Below, one piece after another: positions 1 through 9,644 of a DNA stretch of 64,000 nt. The translations under genes were made by a program, and so were the position numbers. The notes under the pieces were generated by a model that ran no database searches, had not been told where the DNA came from, and saw nothing but the letters and a program-made list of their open reading frames with translations. This DNA is from Parcubacteria group bacterium RIFCSPLOWO2_01_FULL_48_18 (GTDB lineage: Bacteria > Patescibacteriota > Minisyncoccia > UBA6257 > WO2-01-48-18): positions 14,970 through 78,969 of the forward strand of contig MHXH01000016.1 of assembly GCA_001824435.1 (NCBI GenBank), written 5' to 3'. Numbering within the stretch: the stretch's first letter is position 1; each line of letters opens with the position of its first letter.

Positions 1-418
1 TTGCGGTTGCCCACTTCTTAACCGTTTCGAGTTCTTCTCGCCAATTTCCCCGAGAAAGCTTGAACGTCGCAAAAGCCATGAAGTCTTGCGTTCTTACTTC
101 TTCCGGTAAATCTCCTAGCTCGATAAGCGCGGTTGTATTTTCCTCTGCCCCTAGATAAGCCTTGATTGCTGATTCGGGAAATCCCGACAATCGGCCATAA
201 GTTTCGTCGTCGCCCTCATGAACGTTTCTTAGTGCTTCTGCCGTAGTTTTATCTTTTGCAACAAAAAATCGACTTTGCTCATAACGATATTTTACAGATG
301 GCCCTGCTTCACCCTCGTCAATGCCCTCAATTGCTCCGATTTCTTTTGGTAAATCTACGGGAGTAAGACCGGCGCTTCCCAATTCTCTTCTGGCCGAATC
401 TATTTCTTCTTCGGTCAA
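1..418 (-). CDS. Hypothetical protein, partial. The reading frame runs off the window start. The only candidate start codon is TTG at 418-416.
   Basis: The minus-strand frame is open from 418 to position 1 with no stop codon. It lies in the same frame as ORF 428..640 and is separated from it by a single TAA at 428-430. Confidence 0.35.
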   Translation of the reverse strand, partial: MTEEEIDSARRELGSAGLTPVDLPKEIGAIEGIDEGEAGPSVKYRYEQSRFFVAKDKTTAEALRNVHEGDDETYGRLSGFPESAIKAYLGAEENTTALIELGDLPEEVRTQDFMAFATFKLSRGNWREELETVKKWATA

Positions 419-427
419 GCTTAGCGG

Positions 428-640
428 TTACTGACCCCCTTCCCAGTCCTTGCCGATGGTTATGTCCGTAGCCGGCTTTAGACCGCCATAAACTAAAAGT
501 AGATCAATTCTGTCACCCAGAGAGTACAGTTTTCGGAAAGGTAAAGATTCTAGAGATTGTATTACCCATGCTTCTTTTTCTCTCTTGCTCTTCAAAAGTT
601 GTAAGCGTTTCCTCGGCATCAAATTGTGGCAGCCCTTCAA
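428..640 (-). CDS. Small hypothetical protein (70 aa), in frame with the partial ORF downstream of it
   Basis: ORF track. It has no recognisable motif, and a single stop codon separates it from the continuing frame. Confidence 0.3.
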   Translation of the reverse strand: MKGCHNLMPRKRLQLLKSKREKEAWVIQSLESLPFRKLYSLGDRIDLLLVYGGLKPATDITIGKDWEGGQ

Positions 641-796
641 ATCTCATAAGTTATTTCCTAACTGGTGCAGTATTCTTGAATTAGTCCGAACGCATTTCGC
701 CGCCTGCGGCGGCGAGGAATTCCCCCCGCGAAAATTCGGAAAGGCGGCGGAGTCGCACCGCTGACAATTTCAAATTTTTTTTGGCGGCATAAATTC

Positions 797-1531
797 TTAA
801 AAAAATGAAAATCCTTTCAGGAATTTATCAAAGAATATTGATTCTTCACTATTGTCTTTTATTGGTTCGAAGAAATTGAAATGAACAACATAGAAAAAAT
901 CTTTCGTATCTATCCAAAATTGGTGAGGACAAGTATTGGGATCAACTTTCATTCCATACCATTGGGACGCAGAACATTCCACCGCTCCTTTCCATGTCCC
1001 AGTGTTCATTTGAATTTCTTTCCCAGTAAGACAGTAAACATATTCTTCGTATTGGGATTCACTGGACAAATTTCTACTTCCTGCGGCAACCGGACATTGC
1101 GAATTGGAAGCGAACATTTTTTCATAAGAAGAATCTATCGAAGAAGATATTGGTTTCTTAATAATAGTAATACCACCCACGATAGCTATGACCTCTCCAT
1201 TTTTAATTTCTTGCAATTGAACGAAAGGAAAATGAGTATCCTCGTCTACCTTCCAATAAGCCGGATATTGAAACTCAAGCCCATATTTTTCACTACGATA
1301 CACCTTCCAGTCATCGGTCGATGGCGAGGAGCTCGTCGTTTTATTGGAAGGTTGCGTAGCAGTTTGAGTGGATGTCGGAGTTTTTACTTCATTGGATACA
1401 GGCGCTGGTTGTTGAGTTTGAATTTCCGTAGGAGCCACGGATTTCTTGGAAAAAATGAAATACCCACCGATTGCAACAATAGCAATGACAACGAAAATCA
1501 AAACAATATTTACAAATCCCTTTTGACTCAT
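797..1531 (-). CDS. Hypothetical membrane-anchored exported protein. The likely start is at MSQKGF (1531); the ORF track extends it to 1603.
   Basis: An N-terminal hydrophobic helix (IVLIFVVIAIVAIGGYFIF) is followed by a Thr/Ser/Pro-rich linker and a Cys-containing globular part. Confidence 0.5.
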   Translation of the reverse strand: MSQKGFVNIVLIFVVIAIVAIGGYFIFSKKSVAPTEIQTQQPAPVSNEVKTPTSTQTATQPSNKTTSSSPSTDDWKVYRSEKYGLEFQYPAYWKVDEDTHFPFVQLQEIKNGEVIAIVGGITIIKKPISSSIDSSYEKMFASNSQCPVAAGSRNLSSESQYEEYVYCLTGKEIQMNTGTWKGAVECSASQWYGMKVDPNTCPHQFWIDTKDFFYVVHFNFFEPIKDNSEESIFFDKFLKGFSFF

Positions 1532-1654
1532 ATGATTAAAAATTTTTCTTCCCCCAAAATGCGAAACCGCCAATTCGTTTTTACCCCCAAAATTGAATAC
1601 CAATTAGTCGCCGAGCGAAGCGAGGCGAACCTTTTAAACTTGCAAATTCCTTTC

Positions 1655-1966
1655 TGGTGCCGCGGGAGGGAATCGAACCCCCTACGCCAGCCTCTTCCTG
1701 GCTGATTTTGGACTATATCATCTCCGTTCTTCGCGCAAGAGTGCGGAGTCGGGCGCTTGTGCAAGATTATTGTTGGGACTCACTTGCTAGTCTCTACACC
1801 TTCTAAGAAATCTCCACCGGCTGGCGGAGCCCCCCTTAGCTTGGCTCGGGGTTGTTCTGACGGCATGTCGGAGTGTTCCCCGAATTCACCCGATTTTACA
1901 GTCTGCATTACTGCAGAAAGCCCCAAAGAATTTCAGGGCTGCGCTCTACCAATGAGCTACCGCGGC
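1655..1966 (-). tRNA. tRNA-Phe (anticodon GAA) interrupted by a ~237-nt intron in the anticodon loop. The intron is probably group I.
   Basis: The 5' exon (1966..1930, minus strand) reads GCCGCGGUAGCUCAUUGGUAGAGCGCAGCCCUGAAAU: acceptor stem, U8, D-arm GCUC/GAGC and anticodon stem CAGCC. The 3' exon (1692..1655) reads GGCUGGCGUAGGGGGUUCGAUUCCCUCCCGCGGCACCA: anticodon stem partner GGCUG, T-arm GGGGG-UUCGAUU-CCCUC, acceptor CCGCGGC complementary to GCCGCGG, discriminator A and encoded CCA. The intervening ~237 nt contain a GACUA...GAGUC P7-like pair. Confidence 0.8.
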
Positions 1967-2064
1967 AATCATGTTTAGACTATACCAATTTTTTGATTCC
2001 TTCAATATGCCCCATAATTTTTATGTTTAAGGGTGGGGGGCGGCGCGAAACGAGGTAGGAAACC

Positions 2065-3600
2065 TCACAACTTAATCTGCGCGCGATATACCGCAAAGTT
2101 CTCGCTGTTTTCAAAATCAATCATGTCAACGGATCCGTCGGGATAGACCGCGCCGGCAAGGTCGCGGCGGCCGTTCACTAAAATAGGAACCCCGAGCCAG
2201 GCCGCCTCAATCTGCCGGAGCCAGACGACGGATTCAAGGTATTTTCTAAATCCCGCGATCGCCCAGTTATTGCTGGAAGAATGGATTAAAAACCTTGCTC
2301 CGCGGTCGACGAACTTCTTCGCCACAAACGGATAGTGCAATTCACCGCAGATCGGGGTACCGAATACGATCTCTCCGGCCAGTGAAAAATTTTTCGTTTC
2401 CCCTCCTCTGGCAAACTGCAATCGGGGATCAAATACCGGACTTCGCTTCACAATGTTCGGCACGGTCTCCCGCGCCCAATTAACATAGAAAGGGCGCCAC
2501 TCGCCGAACGGCCAAAACTCGCCTCCATACGCCAGGTATCTCTTTTTGTACACATCAACAATAGAGCCGTCCTGCGCGAAAAGCATCCCCATGTTATAAC
2601 GCTCGCCGCTTGCGACCACCACGGTAGTATAGACCAATACGCGGCTTCTCGTGCTTTTGGCAAATTCACGATACTGCCGTATCAACGTCCCGGCGTTTAC
2701 CACGCCAAATTTTTCAAAAGCCTCTTCGTCACGATCATCCGTATACTCGTTCCTAAAAATATCTTCAGGGAAAACAACCAGATCCGGCGCGCTCTCCGAT
2801 TGCAAAACCCTCTCCTTAATCGGCGCAAGGCGCTGGGCAATCAGACGGCCTACGTGATCCAGCTCTGTCTTACCGAGGCCGTCCGGAAAATCTTCCACTT
2901 CTCTATCAAAGGCTTCGGTGGTCGAGACAAGTAAAATCTCGACGATGTCTTCGCGGCGCTGATATTCTTCGCTGCGGCCGCGAAGAGAAACGCGAGATAG
3001 TACAAAACCCGCAACAAGCAGCACCAGAGCAACGAGTAACCCCCTGCGGCCAGCTGCGTCAAAACTCACGCTAAAAATCCTCGGCGCGCGGGAAAACGAA
3101 ATTGAAAAACGAAGTCTTTTCAACGCAAACAGCAGAGCCGCATTCACGGCCGCAACAAACAACATCAAGAATTCAACGCCGCCGAAACGAGCAAGGCCCA
3201 AAAAGGGACTTGGCGCAAGATTGATGCCAATATCAACGACAAAATAGGGAAGGAGGGTGAGCCGCGACTCCACGTGCTCCCAAAAAGCAAAGAGAGGGGG
3301 CAAGACGCAAAACCATACCAACTCCCGGCCGGTCATTCGTTTTACAAGATATACCGAGAGCGGAAAGCCGAAAAACAAAACCGCAGATTGAAGAAAAATA
3401 ATCGGCTCAAAGGCAACAACAGCAACATATGCCGCAAGCGCAATACGAAACACCAGCGTTCCCGCAAACAATCGCAACAAGCTCCTCTCGCCGAGCACGA
3501 AAGAAAAATAGGGAATTAAAGCAACAAATGCGAAACCGTAAAGCCCAAGCGGCGGATACGACACTATCGCAAGAAGGGCGGATAGAAAACTTAACCACAT
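2065..3600 (-). CDS. lnt: Apolipoprotein N-acyltransferase
   Basis: A multi-TM N-terminal half is followed by a C-terminal carbon-nitrogen hydrolase (nitrilase-like) domain, 511 aa. Confidence 0.7.
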   Translation of the reverse strand: MWLSFLSALLAIVSYPPLGLYGFAFVALIPYFSFVLGERSLLRLFAGTLVFRIALAAYVAVVAFEPIIFLQSAVLFFGFPLSVYLVKRMTGRELVWFCVLPPLFAFWEHVESRLTLLPYFVVDIGINLAPSPFLGLARFGGVEFLMLFVAAVNAALLFALKRLRFSISFSRAPRIFSVSFDAAGRRGLLVALVLLVAGFVLSRVSLRGRSEEYQRREDIVEILLVSTTEAFDREVEDFPDGLGKTELDHVGRLIAQRLAPIKERVLQSESAPDLVVFPEDIFRNEYTDDRDEEAFEKFGVVNAGTLIRQYREFAKSTRSRVLVYTTVVVASGERYNMGMLFAQDGSIVDVYKKRYLAYGGEFWPFGEWRPFYVNWARETVPNIVKRSPVFDPRLQFARGGETKNFSLAGEIVFGTPICGELHYPFVAKKFVDRGARFLIHSSSNNWAIAGFRKYLESVVWLRQIEAAWLGVPILVNGRRDLAGAVYPDGSVDMIDFENSENFAVYRAQIKL

Positions 3601-3753
3601 GGTTTGACGCGGTGCACTAGTCCTCCATTAATTTAATTTTTTCGGGTTCTCTCGATAAAAAACTATGTTTTTTCTTACGCAACCAGCTGTATGATGACGC
3701 CAGAATTAAATTAAAGGAGGACGAGCACGCAAATCTATCATAACAAATCAAGG

Positions 3754-3778
3754 GCCCCGCAGAAACGAACTACGGGGC
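3754..3778. terminator. GC hairpin (GCCCCG...CGGGGC) at the 3' end of plsC
   Basis: A 6-bp GC stem with an 11-nt loop straddles the plsC stop codon. Confidence 0.35.
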
Positions 3779-4507
3779 ATTCAAAAGCTCCTCTAGTCTT
3801 GCCCGCAATGCGCGCGTTATCGCATTGATTTCTTCCTTGCCGGGCTTCTCCATTTGTTCAAATGTCAGTGGCGTACCAATCGTTACGACGACATTTTTGC
3901 CGACCCTGGGAACGCACCCGCGAGACGGAATAAGCTGTGCAGTGCCTCGAAGCGCCACGGGAACAACCGGCGCGCCGCTCATAAGCGCGAGTCGAGCGGC
4001 TCCCGGATAAAATTCTCCAAGAGAACCGTCGACAGGCAGTCGCCCCTCGGGAAAAATCAAGACCCGCTCACCGCTTCGAAGCCGCTCCACAAAAAATTGG
4101 TTCACCGCTTCGTTGACCTCTCGTCTCTTATCGGCCGGACCACCCACTTGAACTGACACCAGCCGTAATGCACGAAACAGCCACCGCAGCCGCGGCAAAC
4201 GCTCGTCGTATCTGCGTGTCACCATGCTGTACGGAAGGGTTGCCTTATCACGAATCATCCGCGGAAAACCGATAATTCCCATATTAATAAGGAAGCCGTC
4301 GATTATGTTTTGGTGATTGCTGTAGAAGATCGCCCCGCGGGGAAACATCCTCTCTCCATTGATACGTACCCGGTTAAGGACGCGAAAGTAGAGCCATCCG
4401 AGGCCGCACAAAACGATAGCGCAGGCCCGCCCTAAGACCGCGGCCACAGCGTACATCGTCTTCCGCATGACACGCCTCGTCTCCGACGATTGATAGCAAT
4501 GATCCAC
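3770..4507 (-). CDS. plsC: 1-acyl-sn-glycerol-3-phosphate acyltransferase
   Basis: An HxxxxD acyltransferase motif (NHQNIIDGF) and an FPEGR motif. Confidence 0.75.
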   Translation of the reverse strand: MDHCYQSSETRRVMRKTMYAVAAVLGRACAIVLCGLGWLYFRVLNRVRINGERMFPRGAIFYSNHQNIIDGFLINMGIIGFPRMIRDKATLPYSMVTRRYDERLPRLRWLFRALRLVSVQVGGPADKRREVNEAVNQFFVERLRSGERVLIFPEGRLPVDGSLGEFYPGAARLALMSGAPVVPVALRGTAQLIPSRGCVPRVGKNVVVTIGTPLTFEQMEKPGKEEINAITRALRARLEELLNAP

Positions 4508-4615
4508 AGAACAGCATACTTCGACGGGCGATCATTTGTCAACAAAAATACTCAAGGGTCCGTACCTTGGGATCCGCACCTTACTCAAGAGAAGCTGCCG
4601 GCCCTTACCAAAAAA

Positions 4616-4651
4616 TCTACACTATCATACACTGTAGTATGATAGTGTAGA
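4616..4651. promoter_or_regulatory. Perfect 15-bp inverted repeat (TCTACACTATCATAC-N6-GTATGATAGTGTAGA) in the divergent plsC / T4SS-locus intergenic region
   Basis: Seen directly in the sequence. It has an AT-rich stem and is flanked by an A-tract on the 5' side, so it reads as a hairpin followed by T6 on the minus strand. Confidence 0.4.
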
Positions 4652-4733
4652 AAGGGGGTCGGGGTCAGGACGGATTTGGTTATTCACAGTATGCGTCATG
4701 CGTTAGCATACATGCGCTGCTATAATAGAAGCA

Positions 4734-5528
4734 ATGGAAGCCGTTTCTTTTCCGAGAAAACTGGCAGCCGCACTTATACTGATTGCCGGCATTGCGGGAT
4801 TGTATGCGAGCGTTGCTCCGAATACGTTTTGGGCATTATTCTCCAAAGACAAAGAGGGCGCGGGCAGAGACGCCATTACAGCATACCTCGCGCCATCAGC
4901 GCAAGAATCGCAAAAACCGCTCTATGTCGAACCATACGGAGACGCCGCGGCTGCTGCGTCCGACAACCTTACCGGCCTGCTCGCTGACACACTGTCAGAT
5001 CAGCTCATGGCCGACGTCGGCGCCGAGAGCTTCCTGGGAGAGGGCAGCGCAGACATCTCGGAAACGCTCCCGGACTATTCCACTCTTCTAGAAAACGAAC
5101 TCGCCAAGGTCGATCCCTCCCGCATTTTCAAGGCAGGAGCATTTGACATCGTTGTCATCAACGACAATAGCCGCGAAGCAAAAAAGAAATATGACGAACG
5201 CGTAACGCCGGTCGTGGAAAAAATCTTCGCGGGCCTCAATGACAATGCATCGTCATTTTCGGAAAAAGACCTCGCCCAAGTCGTCGATAACCACAACGCG
5301 GCCATCACCATCGCTCTCGCAACGCCGGTGCCGAACGACTGGGCAGAATACCACAGAAAGGGAGTTGCCTATCTGATGGAACGAAGGGAGATTTTTCAGG
5401 CGCTTAGCGCCGTACACGACGATCCGGTAAAATCGCTTGCCGCGCTTCAATACCTCAACGCGTTCGAAGTCGAATTTACGCAATATCTAAAAGAGTATTC
5501 GGAAATCATAAAGGGCGCGACACAATGA
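4734..5528 (+). CDS. Hypothetical membrane-anchored protein, first gene of the T4SS-like locus
   Basis: An N-terminal hydrophobic segment is followed by an acidic, Ala/Asp-rich soluble region. Confidence 0.45.
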   Translation: MEAVSFPRKLAAALILIAGIAGLYASVAPNTFWALFSKDKEGAGRDAITAYLAPSAQESQKPLYVEPYGDAAAAASDNLTGLLADTLSDQLMADVGAESFLGEGSADISETLPDYSTLLENELAKVDPSRIFKAGAFDIVVINDNSREAKKKYDERVTPVVEKIFAGLNDNASSFSEKDLAQVVDNHNAAITIALATPVPNDWAEYHRKGVAYLMERREIFQALSAVHDDPVKSLAALQYLNAFEVEFTQYLKEYSEIIKGATQ

Positions 5529-5590
5529 AACCCTCATGCCTATCAACAGGGCGGGGCATACATTAATCTGCAATCTGCTATAATCAAACT

Positions 5591-7003
5591 ATGGGCGCCG
5601 CGAAAATAACGGTCCTGGCAATCATCGTCGCAGTCCTCGCGCTGGCGCCGCTTTCATTTTCGCCGCCGGGCATGCACGGCGCCTCCTCAATAATCACGCG
5701 CCAAGATGCCCTTGCCGGAGGACTAGCGGGCATCATACACGACCCAATCAGCAATATCAGAAGAATCATCGAATACATCGCGGGCAACGTTGGAAGGGTT
5801 CTCCTGGAAGCGCTTAAGCAAAAAGCTCTCGAGATGCTGACGCAAAAAATGACCGCGTATATCAGCAACAAGGGCGGGGTCCCGAGATACGTTACCAACT
5901 GGCAAAAAGAATTAGGCGATGCGTTCGGCACCGGGGCAGGAAGATTTGTCGACGAAGTTTCAGGGCTCGTACTATCAAATAAGCTCTGCCAAAATTTGCA
6001 GCAACCGGTGCTCGCCGCATTGAAAAATTTTCAATTCCAAAGCCCGTACGGCACAAGGAACGCCTGCAAGCTTAGCACCGTTGTTTCCAATGCCAATGCG
6101 TTCTTTGGAGACTTTTCCAAGGGCGGATTTGTGGCTTACAACACCCTCATGCAGCCGGAGGGCGGAGGCAATATCTACTGGGGCCTTATTACCGCAATGC
6201 AAGAAATGCGCGCGCGGGGGGACGCAGAAGCAGATGCGGCAAAATCCTCTGCAGAAGCGGGGAGCGGACTTAAAGACATAAAATACTGCCCCCCTGCGCT
6301 GTGGCAAGCAAGCTGGATCAAGGGCAAGAGCCTGCCCTATTCAGATCCTACGTGGGAACAACACTGCATATCTCCGAAGGTGACCACGCCCGGGAGCGCC
6401 AATTACGAAATGGTCGCGAGCGTCATGGACAAAGAAAAGGCGCAAATCGTCAACTCCGAATCTCTCGCCAAGGCGCTTACCGGCATTATTGCCAACTCGC
6501 TTGCGAGCAAACTAACCAAACTCGGGGAAAAAGGGCTATTTCAGGTCACAGAAACAACATCAACGGCGATCGATGTCTGTCAAGGACTTACCGGAGAGGA
6601 CCTCGTCTTCTGCCAAGCGACAAAGGATCCTCCGAATATCACCGCTGCCCGCAGCGCGGCTCTTACCGAGATAAACAAGCGGCTTAACGATTACAGCACC
6701 TATATTTCCGATCTAAAGTTGCTGCAAACGTGCCAGAGGGGCTTGTGTATCAAACGCGGGGGCAGCGCGTTGAGCACTTGTACGCTTGTATCTCCGCCTA
6801 TGAGCGACACGCAGAAAAAGATCGACGAAGCAACCTCGGTGAAAAACTCGCTGACTTCCGCAAAAAGCACAGTATCCACTGCAACTGACCCGCAGGCAAT
6901 TCTGCTTGCATACTCCAGCATCAAAGGATTGGGCAGCATTATTTCCATCCAAGACACTAAGAATCAGCTGGCGCAATGCCAGACAGACCTGGCTGCGCCG
7001 TAA
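5591..7003 (+). CDS. Hypothetical secreted Cys-containing protein with a signal peptide
   Basis: Signal peptide MGAAKITVLAIIVAVLALAPLSF. A TATAAT element lies 7 nt upstream of the ATG. It is co-oriented with the T4SS-like genes. Confidence 0.45.
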   Translation: MGAAKITVLAIIVAVLALAPLSFSPPGMHGASSIITRQDALAGGLAGIIHDPISNIRRIIEYIAGNVGRVLLEALKQKALEMLTQKMTAYISNKGGVPRYVTNWQKELGDAFGTGAGRFVDEVSGLVLSNKLCQNLQQPVLAALKNFQFQSPYGTRNACKLSTVVSNANAFFGDFSKGGFVAYNTLMQPEGGGNIYWGLITAMQEMRARGDAEADAAKSSAEAGSGLKDIKYCPPALWQASWIKGKSLPYSDPTWEQHCISPKVTTPGSANYEMVASVMDKEKAQIVNSESLAKALTGIIANSLASKLTKLGEKGLFQVTETTSTAIDVCQGLTGEDLVFCQATKDPPNITAARSAALTEINKRLNDYSTYISDLKLLQTCQRGLCIKRGGSALSTCTLVSPPMSDTQKKIDEATSVKNSLTSAKSTVSTATDPQAILLAYSSIKGLGSIISIQDTKNQLAQCQTDLAAP

Positions 7004-7007
7004 CATT

Positions 7008-9209
7008 ATGAAAAGGAAAATGTCAAAGCTTCTCCCCATTGCATTCTTTACCGTACTAATAACGGTGAGTTTACTGATTCCAGCAGACGCGCACGCTTGG
7101 ATACATGATGAAATCGCCAGCGCATTAGGAGGCGCAGTTCTCGATGTTATGTCTTTCTTCATAGGAATGGTAGCAAGCATTCTGGGTATTTTCGTGTCGA
7201 TAGCCACGATCTTTACCGGCGCGATGCTTAAGATAAACTTCGATGTTTTAAAAAACCCGGTGGCCACGGTCGGATGGGTCGCAACCAGAGATTTTGCCAA
7301 TCTGGGATTCGTACTGGTGCTTCTGATTATCGCCTTCGCGACAATTCTGCGGATCCAAAGCTACGGCATGAAAAGCCTTTTGTGGAAACTTATTATCGCC
7401 GCAGTGCTTGTCAACTTCAGCTTTACCATTGCCGCAGCCTTTATAGACTTCAGCCATATTCTCGCAAAAACTTTCATGAACAGGTCATTACCCCAAGGCC
7501 TATCCGGGCCCATGGACTACGGCACCCATCTTGCCGGAAATCTCAATCCTCAAGCGCCCTACGCTGTCGCGAGCAGCGCATCGGCGCTGGCTAAAACCGC
7601 AAGCTTTACGTCCTTGTTCCTTTCGGTTCTCTTCGGATTCGTATTTGCCATACTCTATACTCTCATTCTCATAGTCGTGATAAGTGCGCTGGGCGTCCTT
7701 TTCGTCGTACGGTTTGTACACCTCACATTTCTACTCGTCCTTGCGCCGCTTGCATGGCTCTTTTGGGCAACTCCAATGTTAAGCCACCTTGCAAAACAAT
7801 GGTGGAACTCGTTTTTACGGTGGGTCTTTTTCGCTCCGGCAGCGCTCTTTTTCATTTGGCTCTCGCTTAAAATTAGCACGCAGGCAGGTGCGCAAAAATG
7901 GTTTGAGGATACCGACGCATCACTTATAAAAGCAGGCGTAGCTACCAAGCTAGATAGTTCTATTCTTACCGGAAACCTCCTGACAAGCCTCGCAAACATG
8001 TTCCTTCTAGGCAGTCTTCTTGTCGGAAGTGTTATCGTGGCGGACAAAATGGGGGTAGACGGAGCGCGCGCAGCAGTTAACGCCGCCACTAAGGTTCCGC
8101 GGGCTACGGCCGAATTTTTGAAACGGCGCGGCGCCCTGCTTAAAAACAAGGCCCTTCAAAAGGCAATGGAAAGCAAGGCGGGTAAAAAAGTGGCGGGCGC
8201 ACTCCAAGCAATCCCGCTTTTCGGAGGCATTGTAACCCCCGCCCTAGCAGATCTTAGGGCCGGGGCCAAAGGAAAAGAAGTAGAGTTCTATCAGGAGAAA
8301 TATGCAAATTATGACCAACAGCAACTCGAGGCTGCCATGCGGCAGACAAAGAATTCTGCAGAAGCCGCTGCCCTGTCGGGTATTGCCGGTAAGAAAGGGT
8401 TTTTGCGCGCTGCCAATACAAACCTTAGTAGGAAGGAGAGGCTGCAATTGGCCGTAGTCGCGGATCAGGCTGGCCTTGCCCCAGATGGAACAAAACACTC
8501 AGACCAGATTGTAAAAGGTGACCCGACTCTAGCGTACAATATAGCCAGACTAGCTGGGAAAAACGATGAAGATAGCATGGCCGAAATGAGCAAATTTATG
8601 AAAGAAAAGATGTCTCCCGAGGATATAGCCAGAATGGACCCTTCGGCAGCCGACTTTGATCCCAAGAAGGACATTGCTGATCCTAAAAATATTGAAAATC
8701 GCCTCAGGCTTCACGTTGCTCTTTTGCTAGACACGGGTAGGCTTGGACGCGTAATCAGCGAGGGTGGGCCAGCGGTTGACTCCATTGAAAAAACTCTAAA
8801 GTGGGCACGGGCTAATCGGGACGAGGTGAAAAAAGAAGACGCCATACTCAAACTACCCCCGGATAAATCCAGAGAGAGAAGTATGGACAGACTGCTGGAC
8901 TATTGGGAACAGTCTCCTGTTACGGCTGGCCGTAAACTGCCGGTCGCTGCAGAAGAAATTAAATATAATGCCGCCGAAACATTCGGCAACGCCGACAACC
9001 AACGCACGGTCAAAATGGTACTAAGCCTAGACATCGGACGGCTCGACGAAATCATAAAAGACCCGAATCCTCTGGTACCCACCAACTTCAAAGACACCCT
9101 ACAGCAGATTAAGAGCAATATAAACCTCCTAACCGACCAAGAAAAGAAACGGATCGGGGGCCACATTAGGTACTGGAACTCTCTTAATTCCGCTAATCAA
9201 ATTACGTAA
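7008..9209 (+). CDS. VirB6/TrbL-like polytopic membrane protein with a long hydrophilic C-terminal extension
   Basis: A signal/TM segment, then at least 6 predicted TM helices across the first ~330 aa, then a ~400-aa Lys/Asp/Ala-rich tail. It sits upstream of the VirB3- and VirB4-like genes. The start was set to ATG 7008 to avoid overlap with the preceding stop. Confidence 0.45.
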   Translation: MKRKMSKLLPIAFFTVLITVSLLIPADAHAWIHDEIASALGGAVLDVMSFFIGMVASILGIFVSIATIFTGAMLKINFDVLKNPVATVGWVATRDFANLGFVLVLLIIAFATILRIQSYGMKSLLWKLIIAAVLVNFSFTIAAAFIDFSHILAKTFMNRSLPQGLSGPMDYGTHLAGNLNPQAPYAVASSASALAKTASFTSLFLSVLFGFVFAILYTLILIVVISALGVLFVVRFVHLTFLLVLAPLAWLFWATPMLSHLAKQWWNSFLRWVFFAPAALFFIWLSLKISTQAGAQKWFEDTDASLIKAGVATKLDSSILTGNLLTSLANMFLLGSLLVGSVIVADKMGVDGARAAVNAATKVPRATAEFLKRRGALLKNKALQKAMESKAGKKVAGALQAIPLFGGIVTPALADLRAGAKGKEVEFYQEKYANYDQQQLEAAMRQTKNSAEAAALSGIAGKKGFLRAANTNLSRKERLQLAVVADQAGLAPDGTKHSDQIVKGDPTLAYNIARLAGKNDEDSMAEMSKFMKEKMSPEDIARMDPSAADFDPKKDIADPKNIENRLRLHVALLLDTGRLGRVISEGGPAVDSIEKTLKWARANRDEVKKEDAILKLPPDKSRERSMDRLLDYWEQSPVTAGRKLPVAAEEIKYNAAETFGNADNQRTVKMVLSLDIGRLDEIIKDPNPLVPTNFKDTLQQIKSNINLLTDQEKKRIGGHIRYWNSLNSANQIT

Positions 9210-9220
9210 GCTTTAACCAC

Positions 9221-9571
9221 ATGCTTTCCCGCCAACAAGTAACCCAAAAACTTTCCACGCTCCCTCCTGACATTAGAGAATGGCTTATTTCTCCTGAAGT
9301 TGCTTTTTACATACGGAAGTTGGGGCAGGACCTTGAACTGGTCCGCGTCCAGACCGAACGGATTTCCGAGCTGATTTTAAGCGTCGCAGTCGGCGCAATT
9401 ACAGCCACAGAATGCCTAAACACTCTACAGGAAGATCTGGCCTTGAAACCGGAGACCGCCAGAAGGGTGGCAGAGCGGATTTACACCGAAATATTCAGCC
9501 GCATACAAGGCTCGTTGTTAAAACTCGGGGTTGATATACGAGGACTCGTGCGCCCGCAAGGGCCGTCGTAG
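9221..9571 (+). CDS. Hypothetical protein (116 aa)
   Basis: ORF in operon context with no recognisable motifs. Confidence 0.35.
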   Translation: MLSRQQVTQKLSTLPPDIREWLISPEVAFYIRKLGQDLELVRVQTERISELILSVAVGAITATECLNTLQEDLALKPETARRVAERIYTEIFSRIQGSLLKLGVDIRGLVRPQGPS

Positions 9572-9644
9572 AAATTAACTTTACGCTCGGATCTGCCCTC
9601 AACCTAGCCCCCGGGTGCGGGCTGCTCCGGCGTTATTAAATTGC

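Noticed and set aside
881-1705. 274-aa plus-strand ORF
   Set aside because: It overlaps the better-supported minus-strand ORF 797..1531 across its whole length, runs into the tRNA, and has no motif. It was treated as a shadow ORF.
1528-2058. Three small ORFs (1528..1764, 1757..1978, 1873..2058) over the tRNA-Phe exons and intron
   Set aside because: They lie within a structured RNA gene with its intron. The 237-nt intron is too short for a homing endonuclease, and the ORFs carry no LAGLIDADG or GIY-YIG motifs.
6906-7007. Upstream extension of the VirB6-like ORF to 6906
   Set aside because: It would overlap the preceding gene by ~100 nt. ATG 7008 follows the upstream stop and precedes a signal-peptide-like segment.
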